From NCBI GenBank assembly GCA_016218585.1, contig JACRDK010000004.1:21347-85346 (forward strand): DNA of 64,000 nucleotides, written 5' to 3'. Every line of letters starts with the position of its first letter. The first letter of the stretch is position 1. The position numbers and the translations under genes were made by a program. This document shows positions 27,578 to 37,585 of this stretch, piece after piece. The notes beneath the pieces were generated by a model. The model worked only from the letters and a program-made list of their open reading frames with translations, searched no databases and had not been told where the DNA came from. The stretch comes from Candidatus Doudnabacteria bacterium. Lineage in GTDB: Bacteria; Patescibacteriota; Doudnabacteria; UBA920.

Positions 27578-28000
27578 TTAAAACTTAATTTCAAAAATAT
27601 TATTTGGCTTTGCTCCATAATCTGAATAACGAATCCAAACTGGAGATACTTTAAAAAATCGGGCTTCCAGCATTTCCGAAAATTTTAACTCAATAGGATT
27701 TTTCTGTATATGATACTTTAAATATGGTAAAAACTCCGTTTTTCCCAATTCCTTTGCCTCACCTTCATACTGAACTGTAATATTATTTTTACCGCCGAAT
27801 GTCAGTGCAACATTTGAATTTTGTTTTAAATCTTCATATTTACGGTAGCTTAATAAGGTTGTAAATATTATCTCTAAATCCCCCGTTTCAGAAAAATCTA
27901 TAACTGCCGATCTTGGCTTGTTCCCATGTAGGTAAGACAAAACAGCCAGATTTTCCTTTTTTAATAACTCTAAAACTTTTTCTTTTTGTTCCTGGTTCAT
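27578..28000 (-). CDS. Hypothetical protein, possibly with a pyridoxamine-5'-phosphate-oxidase-like FMN-binding fold
   Basis: 140 aa; weak pattern only. Confidence 0.35.
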   Translation of the reverse strand: MNQEQKEKVLELLKKENLAVLSYLHGNKPRSAVIDFSETGDLEIIFTTLLSYRKYEDLKQNSNVALTFGGKNNITVQYEGEAKELGKTEFLPYLKYHIQKNPIELKFSEMLEARFFKVSPVWIRYSDYGAKPNNIFEIKF

Positions 28001-28034
28001 TTTCTTAAATCTTATATCCTAAATCTTAAATCTA

Positions 28035-29183
28035 TCAAATGTACATATAAAGCAAACTGTAAATTGCAGCTATTATAAATAATACCACAAAGCTTCCGGT
28101 GAAGCTAAAAAGCAGGGCGCCTATTAAGCAGGCAGACAGTTTGCCAATAGCCAGGCTTTGCTCAAAAAATACGGCATAAGGAACAATATGGGTCGCTTCC
28201 GCTCGCAGATAGGTTAAAGTTGAAAGCGGAATGAACAAAGTTTCTTTTGCCGCCTTTGAGGCAGAGTCAGATGCAAAAGCTGTTACAAAAGTTCCGGAAA
28301 AAATTCTGCCCAGCCAAAAAATTGAAGAAAAGAAAGCGCCTATTTTTACCAAAACTCGTTTGGTGTATTGGTCGGAGATTTTTCCCAAAAATAAAGCAAT
28401 CACCGCTGCCACAAAACTGGATGAAGCGGAAAGAAGACCGGTGTCTTTATAATCTTTTACAACTATAAAAATAAATATCGGCCAAATTGTTAAGACCAAA
28501 AGTTCTTCCCCAAAACCTATATATCCCAAAAATTTTCTTGGGTAATCTTTATACAGCTGCAAAGTGTCTTTAAAACTGTAAATTTTAGGAATAAAAATTT
28601 CTTTGGCCATTAAAAGCGGCACAATGCTTAAACAATAAATTACCGCCGCCAAAAGGAATGCGGAAGACAGCCCCATATACTGCGACAGAATTCCGCCAAT
28701 TAATGGTCCGCCTATTTGTGCAATGCTATTTATGGCGTAAGACATGCCAAATTCCCTACCCATTTGTTCGGTTTGGGAATAGCGGGCAATAACAGAATGA
28801 AAGCCTGGCCAATAAAAAGATTTTTGCAACCCAAACACCACCGCGGCAAGAAAAGCCGCGTTAGGATGGGTTGTAGAGGCAAGCAGAGCTAACCAGTAAA
28901 AAATCTGGAATGGTACCGAAAGGGCAATGCAATGCCTATATCCATAAACACTAGCGAACTTTCCGCCAAAAGGTATAAAAACAATATAGACCGCGTAAAC
29001 CACGGCCATAAACATTAAAACCTTGGGAATGCTAAAATGCAAAACACTAAACAAAAATATCGGCTCAAACAAAGTTATAACCGAGAGCGCAAAGTTGGAA
29101 ATAGCCGAGGAGGCATATAGTTGCCCCATTTCTTTGCGGACATTTTTGCTAAAGTAATGTGGTAGATGGAAATTTAAAAACAC
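28035..29183 (-). CDS. MFS-type transporter
   Basis: About 12 TM helices with typical MFS loops. Confidence 0.6.
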   Translation of the reverse strand: MFLNFHLPHYFSKNVRKEMGQLYASSAISNFALSVITLFEPIFLFSVLHFSIPKVLMFMAVVYAVYIVFIPFGGKFASVYGYRHCIALSVPFQIFYWLALLASTTHPNAAFLAAVVFGLQKSFYWPGFHSVIARYSQTEQMGREFGMSYAINSIAQIGGPLIGGILSQYMGLSSAFLLAAVIYCLSIVPLLMAKEIFIPKIYSFKDTLQLYKDYPRKFLGYIGFGEELLVLTIWPIFIFIVVKDYKDTGLLSASSSFVAAVIALFLGKISDQYTKRVLVKIGAFFSSIFWLGRIFSGTFVTAFASDSASKAAKETLFIPLSTLTYLRAEATHIVPYAVFFEQSLAIGKLSACLIGALLFSFTGSFVVLFIIAAIYSLLYMYI

Positions 29184-29192
29184 GGAGGAAAT

Positions 29193-29852
29193 TTAAGATT
29201 TATGATGTAAGATGTATGATTTGATTTTTCTTTCAGAGATTGGGCCGGCTCGCAAAACAATAGCTTCGCCATTTACAACTTTTATTAATGTAGACGGTTT
29301 ACGCTTAGCAAGCCTGCCGGAGTTTATAATAATATCCGGTTTATATTTGGCTTTTTCAAATTGTTTTAATAACTCTTCCGCGGAATAACATTCTGGCTCG
29401 CCGCTAATATTGGCGCTGGTCGTGGTAATTGGCTGTTTTAAATATTTTGCCAAATCAAGTGCAATATTATTTTTCGGCTGCCTAATCCCCAACTCTCCTG
29501 TGTTTGCCGATAACGCTTTAATATTTTTTCCCCTTAATTCTTGATTCTTAATACTTAATACTAGTGTGATTGGCCCAGGAAAAAACTTTTTTGCCAATTT
29601 TTCCGATAGTTTATCCCAAACAACTATTTTTTTAGACGCGGCTGCTGACGGCGGAATTATTGAAACAGGTTTTTTAAAACTTCGCCCCTTTACGGCAAAA
29701 ACTTTTTTTACCGCCGCTAAATTGCTAACGTCTGCCGCCAAACCATAACAAGTATCCGTTGGGTACGCCACAACCTTCCCCTGCTTTAGCGCGGCAACGC
29801 AGGCGTGAATAATTTTTTGATGATGTTTTTTGTTGTAATCAATAATAACCAT
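29193..29852 (-). CDS. tsaC: L-threonylcarbamoyladenylate synthase (YrdC/Sua5 family)
   Basis: VAYPTDTCYGLAADV. Confidence 0.8.
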   Translation of the reverse strand: MVIIDYNKKHHQKIIHACVAALKQGKVVAYPTDTCYGLAADVSNLAAVKKVFAVKGRSFKKPVSIIPPSAAASKKIVVWDKLSEKLAKKFFPGPITLVLSIKNQELRGKNIKALSANTGELGIRQPKNNIALDLAKYLKQPITTTSANISGEPECYSAEELLKQFEKAKYKPDIIINSGRLAKRKPSTLIKVVNGEAIVLRAGPISERKIKSYILHHKS

Positions 29853-29969
29853 AATATTCAGATTTACGAATAGAACGAATCTACAGATACCTACAGATTC
29901 AAATTGTGTTGCCTTGGAAAATTAACATCTGTAGTTATCTGTAAATCTGTTTTCATCTGTATATCGGAA

Positions 29970-32861
29970 TTATATAACAAGGTTTATTAATCTGTTTGGC
30001 ACAAAAATTACCCGCTTAACGCTTTCTCCGACCAATGCCTGTTTAACTGCGTCCATTGCCATAACCTGAGCTTGCACTGCTTCCTGAGTCGCGCCGGCCG
30101 CAACGGTAAGTTTGGCTTTTACCCTGCCATTAATTTGCACAATTATTTCTACTGACGATTCAATAACCAATGCGGGATCAAAATTTGGCCAACTTAAATA
30201 CTGTAATGAGCCGACTTTCTTTTTTTCAACTTTGCTAACTTTCTCGTTTAATTCTTCCGCTATGTGCGGAGCAAATGGATACAACAAAATCAAGAATGTT
30301 TTAATGGATTCTAAGGTAATAAATTCATCCTTAATCTCATTATGAAATTCCATAAAAGCGGAAATGGAAGTGTTAAAACGGAAATTTTCCAAATCCTCGG
30401 TAATTTTCTTTATTAATTTATTCAACGCCCTCTGCACCTTATCAGTATCTTTTGCCCTTGATTCCTGATTCCTGATTCCTGATTCTTGTTGGTGGGGCGC
30501 TTCCGCAATTTCATTTACCCAGGTCCAAACTCTGTCTAAAAATCTTCTCACCCCAACAACGCCCTGGTCATTCCACGACACCATGGACTCGTGAGGCCCT
30601 AAAAACATTTCGTACATTCTTAGGGTATCGGCTCCATATTTTTTTACAACCTCATCAGGATTTACCACATTGCCCCGGCTCTTGGACATTTTCTCGCCAT
30701 CCGGGCCCAAAACAATTCCGTGCGGATGGCGTTTTTTATACGGTTCAGACACAGTAACCAAACCCTGGTCATACAAAAATAAATTCCAAAACCTGCTGTA
30801 AAGCAAATGCAAGGTTGTGTGCTCCATGCCGCCCAAATATACGTCTACCGGTTGCCAGTACTTTAACTTTTTCATATCGGCAAATTTGGTTTTATTTTTT
30901 GGGTCAGCATAGCGCAGCCAATACCAAGAACTGCCGGCCCATTGCGGCATAGTGTTAGTTTCCCGCCAAGCGGTCTTTTTACATTTTGGGCACTTGGTTT
31001 TTACCCAGCTTTTAATATCGGCCAATGGAGATTCTCCGTTGCCCGTTGGTTCATATTTTTTTACATTCGGCAGCTTTACCGGCAAATCCTTTTCCGGAAC
31101 CGGCACAATACCGCAATCTTCACAATGAATTAACGGAATTGGCTCGCCCCAATATCTTTGCCTGCTAAAAACCCAATCGCGCAGTTTATATTGAACGGTT
31201 AACTTGCCAAACTCCCCGCCCATTTTTGTTATTGCTTCTTCTGTTTTAAGTCCGTCAAATTTTTCAGAATTAATTACCACTCCGCTTTCCACCAGGGCTT
31301 TTGGCCCCGTCTTATACAAATCCCAAAAATGTTTAAACACCGCGCCCTTAATAAAAGCGGCCACGGATTTTTCACTTACCCAAACCGGTTTATGTTTGGC
31401 CAGTTCTTCTCCCACAACTTCTGTTTTATCTTCGTTTACCAAATCAAACACAAAACCTTTAAAATAAGCGTGGCGATTTTCTTTTTTTAACAAATGGTAA
31501 AACTTTTCATGCGCTTGCCCAAGTTCCGCAACAAGTTTTATATTTTTATAGCCGGTTTCTTCCGCCACTTCTCTCTGGCAGGCAACAATGTAATCTTCGC
31601 CTTTTTCCACCCCGCCGGTTACAAAAGTTTTCCAGGCTTCAGAAACCTGCCACTGCAAGCACAAAAATTCATTGGTTTTTGGATTGCGAACCAAACAAAC
31701 CACCGCATTTCTAGGAACGAACGGTAATTCAGGCTTGGGAGGTTCGTCTTTAGAAACAAACTCCGGAGCCACAACCTGGACTATTGGCAATTTAAATTTT
31801 GTTGCAAATTCAAAATCGCGAACATCGTGCGCCGGCACGGCCATAATTGCTCCCGTTCCATAATGGCCAAGAACATAGTCTGCCACCCACACCGGAATTT
31901 CCTGTTTGGTTGCTGGGTTAATTGCCTTAATTCCTTTTAACTCAACTCCGGTTTTTTCTTTTCCTTCGGCCGTGCGGTCCATTTCCGCCTTCTCTTTTGC
32001 CTTAGCAATATACTTTGCGACCTCGTCGTAATTCTTGATTCTTGATTCTTGATTCTTAATTAAAGGGTGCTCCGGCGCCACCACCATATAACTCGCGCCA
32101 AAAATAGTATCCGGTCGGGTGGTGAAAACCTCAATTGGAAATTGGAAATTGGAAATTGGAAATTTAATAATCGCTCCCGTGCTCTTTCCAATCCAATTCT
32201 CCTGTTGCAGCTTTACCGCTTCAGGCCATTCGGGCAAATTTTTTAATCCTTCCAATAATTTTTCCGCGTAAGCGGTTATGCGCAAATACCACTGCCGCAG
32301 CTCTTTCTTTTCCACGATAGTGCCGCAGCGTTCGCATTTGCCGTCTATTACTTCCTCGTTAGCCAATCCGGTTTTGTCTTTTGGACACCAATTAATCAAG
32401 CCGGTAGCTTCATAAGCCAACCCTTTTTTGTAAAATTGCAAAAACAGCCACTGCGTCCATTTATAATATTCCGGGTCGGTAGTGTTTATTTCCCTGCTCC
32501 AATCAAAACTCAAACCCCAACTTTGAATTTGTTTCTTGGCGTTGGCAACATTTTTTTTGGTAGTAATGGAAGGATGCACGCCCATTTTTATGGCATAGTT
32601 TTCCGCAGGCAGACCAAAAGCATCCCAACCAATTGGAAACATAGTCTCAAAACCTTTTAACCTGTTAAATCTGCTGTAAACATCGCCCGCCACATAAGGG
32701 CGCAAATGCCCCATATGCAAACCTGCGCCGGACGGATAAGGAAATTCAACCAACACAAACTTTTTTGGTTTTTTGGCCGACTCTTTGGCGATAAAAGTTT
32801 TATTTTTTGCCCAAAATGCTTGCCACTTGCCTTCTATTTTTTTATGGTCGTACTTTTGCAT
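29970..32861 (-). CDS. leuS: Leucyl-tRNA synthetase
   Basis: HMGH, KMSKS and the CP1 domain; 963 aa. Confidence 0.95.
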   Translation of the reverse strand: MQKYDHKKIEGKWQAFWAKNKTFIAKESAKKPKKFVLVEFPYPSGAGLHMGHLRPYVAGDVYSRFNRLKGFETMFPIGWDAFGLPAENYAIKMGVHPSITTKKNVANAKKQIQSWGLSFDWSREINTTDPEYYKWTQWLFLQFYKKGLAYEATGLINWCPKDKTGLANEEVIDGKCERCGTIVEKKELRQWYLRITAYAEKLLEGLKNLPEWPEAVKLQQENWIGKSTGAIIKFPISNFQFPIEVFTTRPDTIFGASYMVVAPEHPLIKNQESRIKNYDEVAKYIAKAKEKAEMDRTAEGKEKTGVELKGIKAINPATKQEIPVWVADYVLGHYGTGAIMAVPAHDVRDFEFATKFKLPIVQVVAPEFVSKDEPPKPELPFVPRNAVVCLVRNPKTNEFLCLQWQVSEAWKTFVTGGVEKGEDYIVACQREVAEETGYKNIKLVAELGQAHEKFYHLLKKENRHAYFKGFVFDLVNEDKTEVVGEELAKHKPVWVSEKSVAAFIKGAVFKHFWDLYKTGPKALVESGVVINSEKFDGLKTEEAITKMGGEFGKLTVQYKLRDWVFSRQRYWGEPIPLIHCEDCGIVPVPEKDLPVKLPNVKKYEPTGNGESPLADIKSWVKTKCPKCKKTAWRETNTMPQWAGSSWYWLRYADPKNKTKFADMKKLKYWQPVDVYLGGMEHTTLHLLYSRFWNLFLYDQGLVTVSEPYKKRHPHGIVLGPDGEKMSKSRGNVVNPDEVVKKYGADTLRMYEMFLGPHESMVSWNDQGVVGVRRFLDRVWTWVNEIAEAPHQQESGIRNQESRAKDTDKVQRALNKLIKKITEDLENFRFNTSISAFMEFHNEIKDEFITLESIKTFLILLYPFAPHIAEELNEKVSKVEKKKVGSLQYLSWPNFDPALVIESSVEIIVQINGRVKAKLTVAAGATQEAVQAQVMAMDAVKQALVGESVKRVIFVPNRLINLVI

Positions 32862-32897
32862 AGGTTTATTATTAATCGTAGTCTGCCGATTTATCGG

Positions 32898-33311
32898 CTA
32901 TTCGTAAAACTTTTTAAATTCCACAATTTCCTGAGTTGGATTTTTTAAAATGTATTCCCTAATCTTATTCAAAGCATTTTCGTTTCTAATAATATGCTCA
33001 TAATAATTTGGCTGCCAGATAAACTCTTCCAGCGCATGCGATACTTTTGCCTTAAACCTCCTAACAATCTCACCTAATTTTAACGTTGACGATTTTAGGA
33101 CAAAGATAATATGGACATGGTTCGGCATAATAACATAGAGATCTAGTTCTAACCCTTCGGTCTTACTCACCAAATCTCTTAGTTCACGTTCAACTTCTTT
33201 TTCTTTATCTTTAAAATAATTTAATCTTAAATCGGTAACTATGGTCACAAAATAATAACCGTTTGACCCATAATCATATTGCTTAAGTCTAATGTGTTTT
33301 AAATTCCTCAT
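32898..33311 (-). mobile_element. tnpA: IS200/IS605-family Y1 (HUH) transposase TnpA or RAYT-like, with flanking hairpins
   Basis: YYFVTIVT...PNHVHIIF motif. A hairpin CGTAGTCTGCCGATTTATCGGC lies at 32877-32898, and GCCGATGAATCGGC at 33325-33340. Confidence 0.75.
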
Positions 33312-33351
33312 ACCATGAAGAAGCTTAAGTCAAAGCCGATGAATCGGCGAA

Positions 33352-34194
33352 CTACAATCTAAACAAATGTCTGGCGTTATCCGTAGTAATTTCTTCAATT
33401 TCTGATATTGATAATTTCTTAATTTCAGCAACTTTTTCCGCAACATATTTTACGAAACTTGGTTCATTTCTTTTTCCCCGATTTGGTATGGGTGTTAAGT
33501 ATGGGCAATCGGTCTCAAGCAAAATTTTATCTAGCGGAGCTAGCTTTACCAGCTCTGCCATATTTCCAGTTTTATCAAAAGTAATTATGCCGTTAAAAGA
33601 CACATAAGCCCCGAGTTCCAAAAACTTTTTAAAATACTCCGGGGTATGAGTATAGCTATGAATTTCAAAGCGCATCTCGCTAACTTTTTCTTCCTCAAAG
33701 ACTTTCAGCATATCTTCATAAAGCTCGTCGCTTCCTTTTTCGGGACGGCTATGAACGACCAAAACTTTATCATGCTCTTTGGCAAACCTAATTTGTTTTT
33801 TAAAAACTTCAATCTGTTTTTGTTTGATTTCTTTGTGTAAAGTTTTGTCTTCTGGTAAGCGGTAATAATCTAAGCCGCATTCCCCAATTCCCACAACTTT
33901 GGGATTTTTTACGAGCTCGGAATACAAATCTGCGTCAAAATTTTCTTCCCTGCTTTTAAAATGGGTTTCTTCTTCATCCACGTACTGCGAATGTGTGTGT
34001 TCGGGGTGCACGCCAATTACCGCATAGACTCCCTCATTAAATTCGCTAGCCAATTCCACCGCCTGCCTGGAGGTATCTATTTGGCTGCCAACATTTATTA
34101 TCCAAGTTCCATTATCTAAAGCCCGCTGCAAAGTTTCCTTAGCATCGTCTTTAAATGAATGAAAATTTACATGCGCATGGGTATCTATTAACAT
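33352..34194 (-). CDS. tatD: TatD-family metal-dependent hydrolase or DNase
   Basis: MLIDTHAHVNF. Confidence 0.8.
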   Translation of the reverse strand: MLIDTHAHVNFHSFKDDAKETLQRALDNGTWIINVGSQIDTSRQAVELASEFNEGVYAVIGVHPEHTHSQYVDEEETHFKSREENFDADLYSELVKNPKVVGIGECGLDYYRLPEDKTLHKEIKQKQIEVFKKQIRFAKEHDKVLVVHSRPEKGSDELYEDMLKVFEEEKVSEMRFEIHSYTHTPEYFKKFLELGAYVSFNGIITFDKTGNMAELVKLAPLDKILLETDCPYLTPIPNRGKRNEPSFVKYVAEKVAEIKKLSISEIEEITTDNARHLFRL

Positions 34195-34195
34195 A

Positions 34196-34858
34196 CTAAG
34201 GCAACTCTTTGGTTTTATTTAAATCGAATATATATATTTTTCCGGTTCTGGGATCGTAGGACATATTGTGTGGTTTAGTATCCCAATATTTAATTCCTAA
34301 AATATTCTGGATATTTTTAATTCTTTCCAATAACTTAAGTTCTTGTTCGGTAGGCTGTTTGCCTTTTTCTTTAATGTCTTCGAGGTATGCCAGGGTGCTT
34401 TCAAAATTCGGATCCCATTTTGAAACAAAATATTTATAATTAGTACCGTCATAACCCAAAACATATTCAACAATTTCCACATTTTCCACCCCGGCCAATA
34501 ATTTTTTGGCTTCTCGGGTGTCATACAACTCGCTCACACCGCCCCCGGTTTCATAATTTAAAGCAGCGGGAATTCTTTTTACAAAAAAAGAATTTTCAGG
34601 TATGTCTAATTTATAATAAAATGCCTCTTCGTCTTTCCATTTTTCCGACCCCAGATGCCCTTTTGCAGTCACAGTATAATCGCCATCGGAGACAATGGCA
34701 TTTTCCCGATCTTGAGCATCAGCTAGATCAAATAATTTAACCGCTTTCCTAATTTTACTTCTTTCCAATAGCGCCTCGCCTTCCGGTGTATAAACCAAAT
34801 CGTTCATAGAAAATTCAACTGAAGTAAGGTTGTCTGGATGATTTGTTTTTAAGGCCAT
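34196..34858 (-). CDS. Hypothetical protein
   Basis: ORF only. Confidence 0.4.
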   Translation of the reverse strand: MALKTNHPDNLTSVEFSMNDLVYTPEGEALLERSKIRKAVKLFDLADAQDRENAIVSDGDYTVTAKGHLGSEKWKDEEAFYYKLDIPENSFFVKRIPAALNYETGGGVSELYDTREAKKLLAGVENVEIVEYVLGYDGTNYKYFVSKWDPNFESTLAYLEDIKEKGKQPTEQELKLLERIKNIQNILGIKYWDTKPHNMSYDPRTGKIYIFDLNKTKELP

Positions 34859-34892
34859 AAAATAAATTTACAATTTTTTCGAAATATAATAT

Positions 34893-36422
34893 CTAAATTC
34901 TTGGAAATAATCTTGGAATGTTCCCCGATGTTAAATCTTTTAACGCTAAAAGTATTTGCCCTGCTGTATTAGGAAGAAACGGCTTTAAGCTCTGTGCAAT
35001 ACCTTCTAACTCACTAAGCAAAAACTCGATGTCCTTTTTTGCCGCGGCTTCATCAACCTTAATTTTTTTAAATGGCTCTTCTTTTTGAATATACTGGTCG
35101 CAAGCTTGGATTTTTTTCCAAACTTCGTCCGTTGCTTTGGCTAATTCATAATGATTCAGCAACTCGTTTCCCTGATTCATAATTCTTAACTCATACTTCG
35201 TGATTCCCGCATTAACCGCCATTTTCAAAATTCTGCTGGTTAAATTTCCAATTCCATTAGCAAGTCCGGCGTTATAGGTTTCCACAAAATGTTCCCAGGT
35301 GTAATCCCCGTCTTCAAAGGTTGGAATTTCCCGCAACAAATAATAGCGCAAGGCATCAGTTGCCTGCTCTTTCGTTAAGCCCAAACTTTCCAGCTTGGCC
35401 AAAATTTCATATGGGTCGGCAACATTGCCGAGAGACTTGGACATTTTTTGCCCGCCGCTGGTAATAAACCCATGAATTATTATTTGTTTGGAGTTTGTCA
35501 ATCCAGCTGACATTAACATCGCCTGCCACATTGCCGATTGTTGGCGAAGGTTGTCTTTTCCGGCAATTTGTACCCCGGGCCAGAATTCAGCAAATAGGAA
35601 GTCGGAAGTCGGAAGTCGGTTCGAGTCCGATCCTCCGGTTATCCGGTTATCCGATTTTTCCGATTCAGGCCAACCCAAAGTGGAAATATAGTTAATGAGC
35701 GCATCAAACCACACATACATTACATGAGCTTCGTCTCCGGGCACCGGAACCCCCCAGGACATTTTTTCTTTTAAACGCGATACGCTAAAATCTTCCAGGC
35801 CTTTTTTCACAAATTCTTTTATTTCATTAAACCGAAAATCGGGAATAACAAAGTCCGGTTGTTTTTCGTATAAATCTAACAACTGTTGCTGGTACTTAGA
35901 CCAACGAAAAAAATAATTTTCTTCTTCTCTTATTTCCAACTCTAAATTGGGATGAAGCGGGCATTTGCCGTCTACCAATTCACTTTCGGTTTTTTCCAGC
36001 TCACAACCAACGCAATATTTAATTTTATAATTCTTTTTATAAATATCGCCGTTCTTCTCGCATCTCTTCCAAAATTCCTGGGCCGCGGCAATATGATTTG
36101 CATCTGTAGTTCTAACAAAATGAATGTCCGGGCTAATACCCAAAGCAGGCATAAGTTGTTTAAATTTTTCGGCATATTCGTCTACATAAGCCTGAACATC
36201 CTGTTTTTTACTTTCTGCTTTCTGAAAGATTTTTTGTCCGTGTTCATCTGTTCCCGTATTAAAAAACACCTCTTGTCCTAAAATTTCTTTATGATATCTC
36301 GCGATTACGTCGGCTTGAACCATTTCTAAAGCAAACCCTAAATGAGGGTCAGAATTAACATAAGGCAACGTTGTTGTAATGTAAAACTTATTTTTGTTCA
36401 TAATCGTATAAAACTCTCGCAA
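34893..36422 (-). CDS. metG: Methionyl-tRNA synthetase with an in-frame insertion of about 20 aa made of tandem short repeats
   Basis: KMSKS and the LGWPE...FWP region. The insertion SEKSDNRITGGSDSNRLPTSD is encoded by GGAAGTCGG x3 and CCGGTTATC x2 (35595-35665). Confidence 0.9.
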   Translation of the reverse strand: MREFYTIMNKNKFYITTTLPYVNSDPHLGFALEMVQADVIARYHKEILGQEVFFNTGTDEHGQKIFQKAESKKQDVQAYVDEYAEKFKQLMPALGISPDIHFVRTTDANHIAAAQEFWKRCEKNGDIYKKNYKIKYCVGCELEKTESELVDGKCPLHPNLELEIREEENYFFRWSKYQQQLLDLYEKQPDFVIPDFRFNEIKEFVKKGLEDFSVSRLKEKMSWGVPVPGDEAHVMYVWFDALINYISTLGWPESEKSDNRITGGSDSNRLPTSDFLFAEFWPGVQIAGKDNLRQQSAMWQAMLMSAGLTNSKQIIIHGFITSGGQKMSKSLGNVADPYEILAKLESLGLTKEQATDALRYYLLREIPTFEDGDYTWEHFVETYNAGLANGIGNLTSRILKMAVNAGITKYELRIMNQGNELLNHYELAKATDEVWKKIQACDQYIQKEEPFKKIKVDEAAAKKDIEFLLSELEGIAQSLKPFLPNTAGQILLALKDLTSGNIPRLFPRI

Positions 36423-36432
36423 TTACAATAAA

Positions 36433-36456
36433 AAAGGCTACTTTTAGCCTTTTAAT
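36433..36456 (-). terminator. Rho-independent terminator for the transporter gene
   Basis: AAGGCTA...TAGCCTT with a T-run on the minus strand. Confidence 0.5.
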
Positions 36457-36485
36457 TATAGCGTTTTATTGGGTTTTTAACAAAT

Positions 36486-37499
36486 TTAGGAGTTAGTTGC
36501 GGTTTTCGCCGCCCAAAATTCATTTACTATAACCGTTATGGCGCTTACCAAAGGCACTGCAATAAGCAAACCGACTACTCCGGCGAGTTTAAAACCAATT
36601 AAGACCGCAAGCAAAACCGCCAAAGGCGAGGTGCCAACGGTTTTTTCCATAACCTTAGGAACCAGAATATAACCTTCTGTTTTTTGAATCAACAAATATA
36701 ATACGCCAACGGCAAAAGCCAGGGGCGGGTTTTGAATAAATGCCACGAACATGGCCGGTACTGCGGACAAAAATGGTCCAATATAAGGAATTACTTCCAA
36801 CATGCCGGCTATAATCGCCAAAACAAAAGCATACTTAATTCCTAAAATAGACAAGCCTACCCAAGTTAAAACAAAAATAGAAACGCTCAAAATTAACTGG
36901 CCCAAAATCCATAAACCCATTTTCTTTTGAATTTTTTCAATTATTCCCAAAGTGAATTCATGGTGGCGTTCCGGCAACAGAGTTCCAACGAATTTTTTCA
37001 TCCCCTGTTCTTCAGCAACAAGATAAAAAGAAATAACCAACACGCTAACAAAAGACAATAAGCCGTTAAATACGCCAAAAGTTTGGCTTAAAACATTACT
37101 GCCAGGTTCCGGACTAGAAACCGCGCTCTTTATAAAGTCGGAAACATCTACGTTGCCCAAACCAAAACTCGACAATCTTTCCTGCAAACTGGTTAAATAC
37201 TGTGGCAGATTAACTTTTAAAATTCCAAACTGCGAAACTACAGGCGGAATAGCCAAAAAAATAATCAGCCCAATAAGTCCAAAAAATAACAAATACGTAA
37301 CTAAAACGCTAACCGCTCTGGGCACTCTTTTTTCATTAAAGTAGTCAACCATTGGTTCCATTGCCGAAGCCAAAATTAAAGACAGCAGTAAAATTAAAAT
37401 AACGTCGCGAGTCACCCACAAAAATGCCAAGGCAAGCACGACAAAAACAACTTTTAAAATAACTTTGGTTGAATTTTCTAAATCAGCGTACTTCATCAA
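36486..37499 (-). CDS. AI-2E family (UPF0118/PerM) transporter
   Basis: 337 aa, 8 TM, typical family topology. Confidence 0.65.
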   Translation of the reverse strand: MMKYADLENSTKVILKVVFVVLALAFLWVTRDVILILLLSLILASAMEPMVDYFNEKRVPRAVSVLVTYLLFFGLIGLIIFLAIPPVVSQFGILKVNLPQYLTSLQERLSSFGLGNVDVSDFIKSAVSSPEPGSNVLSQTFGVFNGLLSFVSVLVISFYLVAEEQGMKKFVGTLLPERHHEFTLGIIEKIQKKMGLWILGQLILSVSIFVLTWVGLSILGIKYAFVLAIIAGMLEVIPYIGPFLSAVPAMFVAFIQNPPLAFAVGVLYLLIQKTEGYILVPKVMEKTVGTSPLAVLLAVLIGFKLAGVVGLLIAVPLVSAITVIVNEFWAAKTATNS

Positions 37500-37585
37500 A
37501 ATAATGCGAAATTAAGGAAACAATGCTAATTATGCGAAAACACATTTACATAAATTTTAACACAATGAAAAGCAAAAATCCACCT

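Noticed and set aside
30440-32170. Short tandem repeat tracts that could be mistaken for CRISPR or VNTR arrays
   Set aside because: The units are 8-9 bp with no spacers, lie inside intact aaRS coding sequence, and there are no cas genes. This is not CRISPR.
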